Counted from the stretch's first letter, positions 1-11,910 are shown. The stretch: 64,000 nucleotides of DNA from Octopus vulgaris (GCA_951406725.2 OX597818.1:61938001-62002000); one strand, 5' to 3'. Program-made: numbers and translations. The notes: generated by a model from the letters alone, not told the origin.

Positions 1-6
1 TCTGCA

Positions 7-200
7 TGGCTGGACATGCTGCAAGGCTCACAAAAACCAGTGGGACCCGTGTAGTTATCGAATGAAAGCCAAGAGATCGGAAGGGGCCACATTTGGAAGG
101 CCATCACGATTTAAATTAAGCAATTTCGGTCAAGATGGAAAATAATAGGGCAATCGAGACTGAATTGGAAGCGCATTGTGACCAGCTGTGTATAACAGCA
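7..200 (+). mobile_element. Degenerate RTE-type non-LTR retrotransposon 3' fragment
   Basis: Reads GHAARLTKTSGTRVVIE*KPRDRK followed by a frameshifted GRPSR, resembling the RTE C-terminal WAGHxAR...W.PR...GRP motif; contains a stop and a frameshift. Confidence 0.5.
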
Positions 201-789
201 ACTGATGATCTGGTCAATCCCCTGATACTGTAATACTATGTATATGAATACACACACACACATACACACACAAACACACACACACAATGGGTGAAAATAC
301 GCGAAAAGGCGTAGAACAGATACAAACCGGATTAGTGCCCAAACTGGATTATATTCATAAAATCTAACGTTCCGATCACAGAAGAAATAATCCAGGTGAA
401 CAAGATTTGGTTATAGGGAACGCACCCGTCGAGCTAGATTTATTCCTTCGATTGAAGGGATTTAGGTGGCGACACGATTATGGCTTAAATTCGCTTATTT
501 CATATATATATTCTAATATCAATTTATTGCATATCTATGTTTGTATAGTTCACATGACTGCATCGATTTGTTACCGAATTCCCGAAACAGCTGCAAAGGA
601 TTACCAAGGGTTTTCGCCTTTCTTCTCAATCGTACTTTCACTTATGCAAACTCCCAATATCTATTTGTGAAGGACCACCGTAGATACCATCTCCCTTTTT
701 CCTGCTCTGTTCTATTTATATTTGCATATCTGCAACATATTTATAAATGCTTTGATACCACAATCAAATACTTGTGCATCTAACATCAT

Positions 790-792
790 TAC

Positions 793-885
<93 letters not shown>
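790..885. repeat. (TTA)n microsatellite
   Basis: Visible directly. Similar AAT/TTA tracts lie at about 1101-1209, 1672-1731, 1994-2070, 4972-5120, 5936-5995, 45945-46017, 50410-50473 and 52570-52790. Confidence 0.95.
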
Positions 886-889
<4 letters not shown>

Positions 890-1097
890 TAGTTTTATTT
901 TTATAGCATGCTTTCACTTCACTACCGAGCGCAGCTCTGTGTGCCTTGGGTATGTGCTGTAATTTGTTGTGATACTCTGATGGTTATTGTATGGAAAGTG
1001 TTCTGCGTAGTGTGTGTGCAGTGCCTAGTAGTGCAATTTTCTGTATGTTATATGTGTTTGTAAGTCCTGGTGTTCTTGTTATGTATTTGTCTGAATA

Positions 1098-1100
<3 letters not shown>
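886..1100 (-). mobile_element. R4/Dong-type RLE retrotransposon 3' end in (TAA)n
   Basis: Minus strand reads KYSDKYITRTPGLTNTYNIQKIALLGTAHTLRRTLSIQ*, then a 3' UTR ending in (AAT)n. Same family as 5710-5936. Confidence 0.75.
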
Positions 1101-1132
<32 letters not shown>

Positions 1133-1154
1133 GTTGTTGTTGTTTTTGTTGTTG

Positions 1155-1208
<54 letters not shown>

Positions 1209-1209
<1 letters not shown>

Positions 1210-1400
1210 GGGGAAGTTATTGCCTCGATCGATCTGAGTGGCGTAAAATGTGTCATGATGCATCTAAGCAATTTGAGTTGAAGGAACGGAACAATAAAAC
1301 AATCATATCCTGCAATCAACCGGCACATTTGTCCAACTCCAGGCAAAATCAAAATTGTTATCGTCCCCAACGTAATTTCATAGCAACATCCATCCCTGAA
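1209..1400 (+). mobile_element. Possible RTE/BovB C-terminal relic
   Basis: WGSYCLDRSEWRKMCHDASKQFE resembles the RTE W...DR..WR...FE motif; short. Confidence 0.35.
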
Positions 1401-1520
1401 CTCAAATTGCATTTTCACGCATCCATCGCAAATAGATGCAACTTCTTTAGTTTTATTCCATTTTTTCCCCTAATCTTGTCCTTCATAAACTCATATGCTG
1501 AAATCGACGGGAGTGACGAT

Positions 1521-1672
1521 TGCAGGTGGGGCCCAGTTAGAATTCTCTTCAGGTCGAATAGAACACCCTGCTCAAAAGGTCTCTGATTAAGGCTTGTTTA
1601 AGGATGATGAACAAAACATGTTTCTAGAGGTGAATTTTTCAAACCCCAAAGTATTCCTCACAACACATAGCT
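1521..1672 (-). mobile_element. Partial copy of AAT-associated non-coding element (family C)
   Basis: Reverse complement of an internal part of 49856-50410. Confidence 0.75.
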
Positions 1673-1697
1673 ATTATTATTATTTTTATTATTATTA

Positions 1698-1731
<34 letters not shown>

Positions 1732-1737
1732 TTTTTT

Positions 1738-1992
1738 TTTCTTCTTTCAAATTTTCTTCCATTTCTTGCCGAGTGTCTTCCCGACTCCTAGGGCAAAGAA
1801 ACTCATAGTATATATTGGTAGGCCATTAAACCAAACTCAGTAGTTCGTTCATTTTTTTTTTTTTTTTTTTTAAAGTTAAATTAAAATACATGAGCAGCAA
1901 CAGTTCTCACATCGACAATGCTCTTCTCAATACGTGTGATGTACCAGTTAAGACAATCTTTTGCACTTCTTGCAGGGATGGTAAGCCAGGGA

Positions 1993-1993
<1 letters not shown>
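1738..1993 (-). mobile_element. R4/Dong-type retrotransposon 3' end, second subfamily
   Basis: Minus strand reads IPGLPSLQEVQKIVLTGTSHVLRRALSM*; TAA tracts on both sides. Confidence 0.7.
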
Positions 1994-2068
<75 letters not shown>

Positions 2069-2070
2069 CA

Positions 2071-2542
2071 TTGAGTGAGAGAGCAGCGCATGCCATCAAA
2101 GTGGCACTGGGGTACAAATATACGAAGCCCAATATACCCATCATGACTACCCGTCTGATAAGGGTACATCAGGCACATACATCACAACCATATGTGCGCG
2201 ACATGGTGATCTCATATCAAGATAAACAGTGCAGGATCTTGCAGGTGGGGCCCAGTTAGAATTTTCTTCAAGTCGAGTAGAACACCGTGCTCAAAAGGTC
2301 TCTGAATAAGGGTTGTTTAAGGATGATGCATGAAACACTCATGTTACCATAAGTGAATTATCCAAACTCCCAAATAATTCCTCTCGGCACATGGCTATGA
2401 TGCTCACCCACTACTTCTGCTCGTGATCAGAGATGCACATATCATCAGTCATTAAGGGACTTGCTCAATTGGCTATGGTCACTCAACTGACGAGCAAATC
2501 TGTGGTATTGAGCAGAATATTTGCTGTAGCCCGTCTTTTATA
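2071..2542 (-). mobile_element. AAT-associated non-coding element (family C), partial
   Basis: Reverse complement of most of 49856-50410; abuts (TTA)n. Confidence 0.85.
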
Positions 2543-2544
2543 GC

Positions 2545-3117
2545 TATTTCTTTACTACACACAAGGGGCTAAACACAGAGAGGACAAACAAGGACAGACA
2601 AGCGGATTAAATCGATTATATCGACCCCAGTGCGTAACTGGTACTTATTTAATAGACCTCGAAAGGATGAAAGGCAAAGTCGACCGCGGTGGAATTTGAA
2701 CTCAGAACGGAACGGCAGACGAAATACCTATTTCTTTACTACCCACAAGGAGCTAAACACAGAGGGGACAAACAAGGACAGACAAACGGATTAAGTCGAT
2801 TACATCGACCCCAGTGCGAAACTGATACTTTATTTATCTACCCCGAAAGGATGAAAGGCAAAGTCGACCTCAGCGGAATTTGAACTCAGAAGAGAAAGAC
2901 AGACGAAATACCTATTTCTTTACTGCCCACAAGGGGCTAAACATAGAAGGGACAAACTTGGACAGACAATCGGATTAGGTCGATTACATCGACCCCAGTG
3001 CGTAACTGGTACTTTATTTATCTACCCCGAAAGGATGAAAGGCAAAGTCGACCTCGGCGGAATTTGAACTCAGAACATAACAGCAGACGAAATACCGGTG
3101 AGCATTTCGCCCGGCGC
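2545..3117 (-). mobile_element. Three head-to-tail copies of SINE family B
   Basis: Units start at 2545, 2729 and 2913 (184-bp period) and match 4192-4412 and 52792-53008. B-box-like GAGTTCAAATTCC on the minus strand. Confidence 0.85.
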
Positions 3118-4191
3118 ACATGTACATATATATATATGTATGTGTGTGTGTTTATGTATGTATATATTTGTATACATAGGTAGTAGATTTGCTTTTAAAC
3201 TTCATTTCAGTTTACCTTTATTTGTGAGCAACGTGCTTATTGTAACATTTCTCTCCTCACCATCCTTTAATTAGGATTTTTTTTTTCTTCATTAAGAATC
3301 TATTCCATCGGCAGTTCTGCATACGATGAATGTGTTGTTTGCTAATGCTTTCCCATCAGGTTTCCATTTTATGTTGTGTTATAACTGTGCAGCTCAGTTC
3401 TTCCCGTTACAAATGGACGCCAGCCAATAGCAAGGCGCTGTTTCTTGTATGGCTATTACAGCATCTAGACTTGTGAAATTTACAACTTTTACGTGTACAA
3501 TCAAATTCCTAAATCAAATTCGTGATTATTAGTAACTTTTTCACAAGCTTGCTTGCTTGGCGATTCATTATCATTCAGGCCATGTTTTCTTTTTTTCTGA
3601 TATTATTGATAGTTCGGGGTTAGGTGCAATACGTTTTGCGTTCTGCTTTATAAGGTTGCTATGGCGTTTCATCGATCATAGGTTTATAATGATTATGTTT
3701 CGTGGATTATATTTTACGTAATGTTCGTTTAATAGACGAGGTTTCTAATGCATTTATCATATCAACCTTGTGGCTTTGTTGTGCCTTGTCTTTATGAAAA
3801 TGAATAGTCTTCACCTTGAAGAGAAAACCACGAAGTTCTAGGAAGGTTTATAATGGTTACAGGAATTATTTTTCTCAAATTTCAAGACACTCCTGGAAGA
3901 TTACAAAAGGTATGTTTATGAAAAATGGGTTCCGCCTTACGTTACATTTTATGTTACTCCCAAATCGTGCGCAATGTTTTATTAATTGATTAATTAATCA
4001 ATCAATTATAGACGGAGACATACTCACAAATGTATATTTAAAGGGAGTGAGACAAAAGGTGACGAAGCGAAAGTGAATGAGAATCAAATCTCGCGAGATG
4101 TGTGAATGCATTTGAGTGCGCGCGCATATTCTTTACTCGTTCATTCTTTTACTCCTTTACTTGTTTCAGTCATTCGACTGTATAATAATAC

Positions 4192-4412
4192 AACCCACAA
4201 GGGGATAAACACAGAGAGGACAAACAAGGACAGACAAACGGATTAAGTCGATTATATCGACCCCAGTGCGTAACTGGTACTTTATTTATTGACCCCGAAA
4301 GGATGAAAGGCAAAGTCGACCTCGGGAAAATTTGAACTCAGAACGTAGCGGCAGACGAAATATCGCTAAGCATTTCGCCCGGCGTGCTAACGCTTCTGCC
4401 AGCTCGCCGCCT
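4192..4412 (-). mobile_element. SINE family B, full length
   Basis: Head ggcggcgagctggcagaagcgttagc, B-box, actggggtcgat core and tail. A degenerate copy follows at about 4690-4850. Confidence 0.85.
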
Positions 4413-4424
4413 TATAAAACTTAA

Positions 4425-4672
4425 CCTTTACTCTATGGCTCACCTTCTGCGTTCGCCGCGTTTCATCAACGAAGAGGAGGTAGGCTATTCAGGGAAGGAG
4501 TACTTTGCTTTGAAGGACAAGAACTGGAGTCAGTGTGGGTTCAAGGGACTGGATTCAAACGGTGCAAGAAAAGTAGCCTCGCATTCTACTTCGGAGGCTG
4601 CTTTTCTTGCAACTTACTGAATAATACAAATAAGTGACCAAAATACGGCAAAACTTTCCAGTCAACACAATA
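4425..4672 (+). mobile_element. Mariner transposon 3' fragment
   Basis: SMAHLLRSPRFINEEEV..KEYFALKDKNW..G resembles the Mos1-type transposase C-terminus; ends in TIR-like cggcaaaactttccagtcaacacaata. Confidence 0.65.
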
Positions 4673-4978
4673 TTTATAATTAAGGCATAAGGCCAGTTAT
4701 TTTGCGGGGGAAGAAGGTTAGCAGAGCCTATAGGCCCCAGTGCTTGGCGGTCATTTATTTTATCAAGGATGAAAGGCAAAGCTGACCTTGGCAGGATTTG
4801 TATGTAGAACATAAATAGCCGGAAGGAATATTGTAAGGCATTTTCTTCCCTGGAATAATAAACAGCATCAACGATGAAGAACGGAGAAGCAAGAAGAAAG
4901 GGTGACCGCCCAAACAGAAGAGGGACCGTAAAAGGGTATTCGAGATGCTTGATACTTAACAACGGGTTGCCAATAATA

Positions 4979-5098
<120 letters not shown>

Positions 5099-5120
5099 GT
5101 AATGATAATAGTAATGATAA

Positions 5121-5388
5121 ATACTATTGAACTTTTGGGAGGGGCATTATGCCGGTAATGATAAACACACGCACTGATTCGGTCCTTTATTATTGTTAGT
5201 TAATGTGTTCGTTACACCGTTAACCAATTTATCGATCAGCCTTTTGAAAATCTAGTAAAAAACGGTTCTATGTTTAAGAGATGAGGAATTATATACGTTA
5301 TTTACATTATTTACATTTGAAGGATGTTTGTCCTCATCTTGTTTGTTGTCAACACATCGCTTCGGCTGTTATACCTTCCAGCCTTCAG
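5121..5388 (-). mobile_element. Family D element 3' part with truncated hammerhead; inverted partner of 6050-6265
   Basis: Reverse-complement similarity to 6050-6265 and 62720-62816. Confidence 0.75.
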
Positions 5389-5694
5389 GATTCTTTGGGG
5401 TTTGAATAATTCACCTCTGGAAACATGGGTGGTTCGTTCAACATCCTTACACAACCCTTATTCAGGGACCTTTTGAGCGGGATGGGCTACTCAACCTGAA
5501 GAAAATTCTAACTGAGCCCCACCTGCAAGGTCATGTGCTGTTTATCTTGATATGAGATCACCATGTCGTGCACATATGGTTGTGATGCATGTGCCTGGTG
5601 TACCCTTATCAGACGGGTAGTCATGATGGGTATATTGGGCTTCGTATATTTTACCCCAGTGTCACTTTGATGGCATGCACTGCTCTCTCACTCA
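5388..5694 (+). mobile_element. Family C element, 3' half
   Basis: Near-identical to 50104-50410; ends in (AAT)n. Confidence 0.85.
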
Positions 5695-5709
5695 ATAATA
5701 ATAATAATT

Positions 5710-5931
5710 AGGTATGATAAAAATATTCAAACAAATACATAACAAAATCACCAGGACTTACAAACACATATAACATACAGAAAATTGCACTACTGGGCAC
5801 TGCACACATCCTATGCAAAACACTTTCAATACAGTAACCATCAGAGCATCACAACAAAACACAGCACATACCTAAGGCACACAGAGCTGCATTCGGTAGT
5901 GAAGTGAAAGCACGCTATAAAAATAAAACTA

Positions 5932-5936
<5 letters not shown>
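5710..5936 (+). mobile_element. R4/Dong-type retrotransposon 3' end
   Basis: PGLTNTYNIQKIALLGTAHILCKTLSIQ*, then a 3' UTR and (AAT)n. Confidence 0.75.
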
Positions 5937-5987
<51 letters not shown>

Positions 5988-6041
5988 TAATAATATCGAA
6001 AAATACCTTAGGAATGGGAACCCAGGTTCAAAATTTCCTAA

Positions 6042-6087
6042 GACACCTGATGAAGGCTGGAGGGTATATCAACCGAAACGTTGTGTT
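6042..6087 (+). ncRNA. Minimal type I hammerhead ribozyme motif (family D)
   Basis: gacac-CTGATGA-a-ggctgg...tcaacc-GAAAC-GTT-gtgtt: conserved core, stem I gacac/gtgtt, imperfect stem II, minimal palindromic stem III. Confidence 0.7.
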
Positions 6088-6339
6088 AACAACAAACAAG
6101 ATGAGGACAAATATCCATCAAATGTAAATAGTAGTAAAAAGCGGCTGATCGATAAATTGGTTAACGGAATAACTAACCCATTAACAAACAATAACAATAA
6201 AGGCCTGAACCAGTGCGTGTGTTTATTATTACTGGCATAATGCCCCTCCCAAGGTTCAATAGTATTTCTTTCAAAACACGAATTCACATCAAGTATCTTG
6301 CGAACCAAATACAAATACGAACAATAATAATAATAAAAA

Positions 6340-6720
6340 TATTGTTTATTTCTTTGACTTTCCACAGGGACAATGGGCGACAAGGACGTTAAAAGGACAA
6401 ATTATGGGGGAAAAAAAAATAACCCTTTATTTTACTCAGAAACATAGAAGAGTAGTCCGGGTCTGTAGAGCTTATCCCGAACGGGTAGCGCTTCTCGGTA
6501 GCACTGTGCCAGGCCAGGGATCTCTGGAAGTTGTCCATAGGTCCTGGCGGTAGAGCGCGAGGGCGGCGGTCGGTCCCAGGCGACGATTTTATGGAGATGG
6601 CATTTCTGGGTCTGTTGAATAAGCCTATCTCTTTGCCGCCTCTTCTCCACCGAACCTTGGTGTGTGTGGGGACAGACTCAGAAATTGCTCTGGGCGGCAC
6701 AGATTCCACCGACGCCATTG
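6340..6720 (-). mobile_element. L1/Tx1-like retrotransposon 3' fragment
   Basis: Frameshifted FQRSLAW/QCYREALPVRDKLYR resembles the post-RT domain of L1/Tx1; GC-rich island ending in an A-rich tail. Confidence 0.5.
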
Positions 6721-6835
6721 ACATGGAAAGTAGTGTTACGTAAAAGAACTGAAAAACCAGGCATCTCAGTTACCCAGGGTCTCGCAAGGGTCCTTAAAGG
6801 CAGGTAATATATTTGTTTATGTGCGCATGTGTGTA

Positions 6836-7220
<385 letters not shown>

Positions 7221-7344
7221 AGTGCCAAACGAAAGCCATGTCCACTTGGAAGGAAGATAAGAGAAAGTTTTCGAAAAGTATTCACTTCTGACAGATTAAA
7301 AACGTAGATTCCTACATTCCATCCAACAAGGACAATTGCAGGGC

Positions 7345-7796
7345 GAACAACAACAACAACAACAACAACAATAACAACAACAGCAGCAGCAGCACCAGCG
7401 GCGGCGGCGGCAACAACAGCTGTAACAACAACAACAACAACGACACCACCACCACCAACACCACCACCCGCACCAATAACAACAAGAACAACAGCTGTCA
7501 CAACAACAATAAAACGATCGCTACGACAACGACGGCTGCGATTGCGATTACGGCAACAGTTATTGCGACAACAATAACAGCGACAAGAACAACAGCAACA
7601 ACAACAACGGCAAACGAATTAAGGACCACAACAACAACAACAACAGCAACAAGAATAACAAGAACAACAAGGACACCAGCCCCATCGCCCCCTTTCAGTG
7701 TGGCATCGTTTTGCAGAAAGACTACTTTTGTCGAAGAAGCAAATACAAAAGAAGAACCCCCGACTGCAATAGCAGCAGCAGCAGTATGGCAGCACC

Positions 7797-7834
<38 letters not shown>

Positions 7835-7919
7835 TAACACTAGAAGTAGTAGTAGTAGTAGTTAAGTTGTAGTACTAGTGGTTGTTGTGGTGGTGGTAGT
7901 AGTAGTGGTGATGGTGGTG

Positions 7920-7971
<52 letters not shown>

Positions 7972-7984
7972 CAGCAGCAACAGC

Positions 7985-8026
<42 letters not shown>

Positions 8027-8048
8027 GGTGGTGGTGGTAGTAGTAGTA

Positions 8049-8080
<32 letters not shown>

Positions 8081-8095
8081 GGCAGCAGCAACAGC

Positions 8096-8134
<39 letters not shown>

Positions 8135-8278
8135 GGTGGTGGTGGTGGTGGTAGTAGTAGAAATACAACTGCAATAACAGTAGCATCATCATCGTCATCG
8201 TCGTCATTACCGTCATCATCATCATCGTCATCATATTCATCATCATCATCATCGTCATCATCATCGTCATCATCATCG

Positions 8279-8309
<31 letters not shown>

Positions 8310-8332
8310 CGTCATCATATTCACCATCGTCA

Positions 8333-8367
<35 letters not shown>

Positions 8368-8530
8368 ACCGTCATCATAATCATCATCATCATCATCATC
8401 ATCATCAGTTGTAGTACAGATAGTAGTGAATACACACAACAGTTATTCAAACAGCAGCAGCATCGGCCGCGGCAGTAGCGGTAGCGGTGGCAACAGCATC
8501 ATCATCATCATCATCATCTGCAGCAGCAGA
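7345..8530. repeat. Compound trinucleotide cluster (CAA, CAG, TAG, TGG, CAT/CGT)
   Basis: Visible directly; includes a local duplication of the gcagcagcaacagcagtag block. Confidence 0.9.
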
Positions 8531-8727
8531 CGTAGAAATTCTCTTAGTGTTTTCTTCGTGACTGCGATTCTGTCAACCGGTGATCTTCGTGTTGCTGTTT
8601 CACAGAGAAGTTCTTTAAAGATTAATGTGTGTGAGTGTGTGTGTGTGTACGTTTTTAGGATTGGCAAAGATGTGGTTATTTGCACATTCTTATATGTATA
8701 TATGTGTATACATATATGTACATATAA

Positions 8728-8766
<39 letters not shown>

Positions 8767-8770
<4 letters not shown>

Positions 8771-8970
8771 ATCCAAACAAGAAAACACAGAAAAAAACAC
8801 AGCAACGCGAGGACGTAGAACAATTAAAGTATTATTTGACGCTCAGGAAAGAAGGGAAGGAGGGTTTAACGTTTCGAGCGGAGCTCTTCGTCGGAAACAA
8901 AGGAGAAGGAAAGATCCCGAGAAGGGAAGACAGAGGAAAAAAATTCTTTTGCTAGTGGTGCTCAAGAGAT
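8767..8970 (-). mobile_element. TA-embedded repeat family E with minimal hammerhead motif (Penelope pLTR-like)
   Basis: Matches 55555-55745 and 60955-61148. At 8864-8898 the minus strand reads gttt-CCGACGA-a-gagc-tcc-gctc-GAAAC-GTT-aaac, with one core substitution. Confidence 0.65.
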
Positions 8971-9309
8971 CACATATAAATATATATATATATATATATC
9001 CTTAAATCCTTAAAATATATAAATATATAAATAATTAATTAATAAGGGTGAGAGAATTAGATACTAATTTAATAGTATATTTATTCCACACCAAGTGGCC
9101 TAGTGCTACGAGAAACCTGGATTATTATAATATTTTATAACATATTATAATATTTTTACAAAATAAATATAAGAGAGTGGTCACTATATTGCACCACTCT
9201 AGCACCAGTTAATCCAAAAGGTTTCAACCACGAAAATACATGTTTCCCATGAAAGCCAGTACGACTGTTAGCTCACACGGACAGGGCAAATAAAAAAATA
9301 ACAAAAATA

Positions 9310-9403
9310 CAGATTATTTTGGGACAATTGTTTCGCTATTAATGAATTAAATGTAATATTACTTACAAAAATCCATTTGTAGCTCGTCAGCCAAGACTAT
9401 CTG
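9310..9403 (-). ncRNA. Type I hammerhead ribozyme, array unit 1
   Basis: cagatagtcttgg-CTGACGA-gcta...tagc-GAAA-C-aatt-GTC-ccaaaataatctg: intact core, 13-position stem I with 2 mismatches, extended stem II, GUC site (cleavage after 9323). Confidence 0.85.
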
Positions 9404-9843
9404 GATGAAATCCACTCAATCACACGCCAGATTTTACCATAACGATAAATACGCGTGTGGTTCAATTGATTACATCCGACGTTATAATTCAAATGCCCCA
9501 ACCAACAGCGCGCCAAACTCTCACGGAAAACAAATACAGCATTTAGAAATAAATGCAGCATAATTATAATTAATTAATAAGGGTGAGAGAATTAGATACT
9601 AATTTAATAGTATATTTATTCCACACCAAGTGGCCTAGTGCTACGAGAAACCTGGATTATTATAATATTTTATAACATATTATAATATTTTTACAAAATA
9701 AATATAAGAGAGTGGTCACTATATTGCACCACTCTAGCACCAGTTAATCCAAAAGGTTTCAACCACGAAAATACATGTTTCCCATGAAAGCCAGTACGAC
9801 TGTTAGCTCACACGGACAGGGCAAATAAAAAATAACAAAAATA

Positions 9844-9937
9844 CAGATTATTTTGGGACAATTGTTTCGCTATTAATGAATTAAATGTAATATTACTTAC
9901 AAAAATCCATTTGTAGCTCGTCAGCCAAGACTATCTG
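9844..9937 (-). ncRNA. Type I hammerhead ribozyme, array unit 2
   Basis: Same sequence as unit 1. Confidence 0.85.
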
Positions 9938-10377
9938 GATGAAATCCACTCAATCACACGCCAGATTTTACCATAACGATAAATACGCGTGTGGTTCAAT
10001 TGATTACATCCGACGTTATAATTCAAATGCCCCAACCAACAGGGCGACAAACTCTCACGGAAAACAAATACAGCATTTAGAAATAAATGCAGCATAATTA
10101 TAATTAATTAATAAGGGTGAGAGAATTAGATACTAATTTAATAGTATATTTATTCCACACCAAGTGGCCTAGTGCTACGAGAAACCTGGATTATTATAAT
10201 ATTTTATAACATATTATAATATTTTTACAAAATAAATATAAGAGAGTGGTCACTATATTGCACCACTCTAGCACCAGTTAATCCAAAAGGTTTCAACCAC
10301 GAAAATACATGTTTCCCATGAAAGCCAGTACGACTGTTAGCTCACACGGACAGGGCAAATAAAAAATAACAAAAATA

Positions 10378-10471
10378 CAGATTATTTTGGGACAATTGTT
10401 TCGCTATTAATGAATTAAATGTAATATTACTTACAAAAATCCATTTGTAGCTCGTCAGCCAAGACTATCTG
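10378..10471 (-). ncRNA. Type I hammerhead ribozyme, array unit 3
   Basis: Same sequence as unit 1. Confidence 0.85.
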
Positions 10472-10911
10472 GATGAAATCCACTCAATCACACGCCAGAT
10501 TTTACCATAACGATAAATACGCGTGTGGTTCAATTGATTACATCCGACGTTATAATTCAAATGCCCCAACCAACAGCGCGCCAAACTCTCACGGAAAACA
10601 AATACAGCATTTAGAAATAAATGCAGCATAATTATAATTAATTAATAAGGGTGAGAGAATTAGATACTAATTTAATAGTATATTTATTCCACACCAAGTG
10701 GCCTAGTGCTACGAGAAACCTGGATTATTATAATATTTTATAACATATTATAATATTTTTACAAAATAAATATAAGAGAGTGGTCACTATATTGCACCAC
10801 TCTAGCACCAGTTAATCCAAAAGGTTTCAACCACGAAAATACATGTTTCCCATGAAAGCCAGTACGACTGTTAGCTCACACGGACAGGGCAAATAAAAAA
10901 TAACAAAAATA

Positions 10912-11005
10912 CAGATTATTTTGGGACAATTGTTTCGCTATTAATGAATTAAATGTAATATTACTTACAAAAATCCATTTGTAGCTCGTCAGCCAAGACT
11001 ATCTG
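10912..11005 (-). ncRNA. Type I hammerhead ribozyme, array unit 4
   Basis: Same sequence as unit 1. Confidence 0.85.
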
Positions 11006-11445
11006 GATGAAATCCACTCAATCACACGCCAGATTTTACCATAACGATAAATACGCGTGTGGTTCAATTGATTACATCCGACGTTATAATTCAAATGCCC
11101 CAACCAACAGCGCGCCAAACTCTCACGGAAAACAAATACAGCATTTAGAAATAAATGCAGCATAATTATAATTAATTAATAAGGGTGAGAGAATTAGATA
11201 CTAATTTAATAGTATATTTATTCCACACCAAGTGGCCTAGTGCTACGAGAAACCTGGATTATTATAATATTTTATAACATATTATAATATTTTTACAAAA
11301 TAAATATAAGAGAGTGGTCACTATATTGCACCACTCTAGCACCAGTTAATCCAAAAGGTTTCAACCACGAAAATACATGTTTCCCATGAAAGCCAGTACG
11401 ACTGTTAGCTCACACGGACAGGGCAAATAAAAAATAACAAAAATA

Positions 11446-11539
11446 CAGATTATTTTGGGACAATTGTTTCGCTATTAATGAATTAAATGTAATATTACTT
11501 ACAAAAATCCATTTGTAGCTCGTCAGCCAAGACTATCTG
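11446..11539 (-). ncRNA. Type I hammerhead ribozyme, array unit 5
   Basis: Same sequence as unit 1. Confidence 0.85.
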
Positions 11540-11910
11540 GATGAAATCCACTCAATCACACGCCAGATTTTACCATAACGATAAATACGCGTGTGGTTCA
11601 ATTGATTACATCCGACGTTATAATTCAAATGCCCCAACCAACAGGGCGACAAACTCTCACGGAAAACAAATACAGCATTTAGAAATAAATGCAGCATAAT
11701 TATAATTAATTAATAAGGGTGAGAGAATTAGATACTAATTTAATAGTATATTTATTCCACACCAAGTGGCCTAGTGCTACGAGAAACCTGGATTATTATA
11801 ATATTTTATAACATATTATAATATTTTTACAAAATAAATATAAGAGAGTGGTCACTATATTGCACCAATCTAGCACCAGTTAATCCAAAAGGTTTCAACC
11901 ACGAAAATAC

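Larger units (their letters stand above)
9031..11910 (-). repeat. Tandem array of 534-bp hammerhead-containing monomers (5 full + 1 partial); retrozyme/Penelope-like
   Basis: Marker gggtgagaga at 9046, 9581, 10115, 10649, 11183 and 11717. Units are nearly identical, contain no ORF of 60 aa or more, and each full unit carries a hammerhead on the minus strand. Confidence 0.9.

Noticed and set aside
300-780. Short ORFs and a gaaacagctg motif suggesting another hammerhead
   Set aside because: No recognisable protein motif and no CUGANGA core upstream.
3240-3960. Possible Penelope GIY-YIG/RT relic on the minus strand (similar hint at 61790-62320)
   Set aside because: Only vague motif fragments; needs a translated search.
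4089-4098. TCTCGCGAGA palindrome (CGCG promoter element)
   Set aside because: Single 10-mer with no associated gene or CpG island.
7345-8530. Homopolymer-rich ORFs (poly-D/L/P/V etc.) as real proteins
   Set aside because: They are translations of trinucleotide microsatellites. The same applies to the YI/CV/LSIY ORFs throughout the window.
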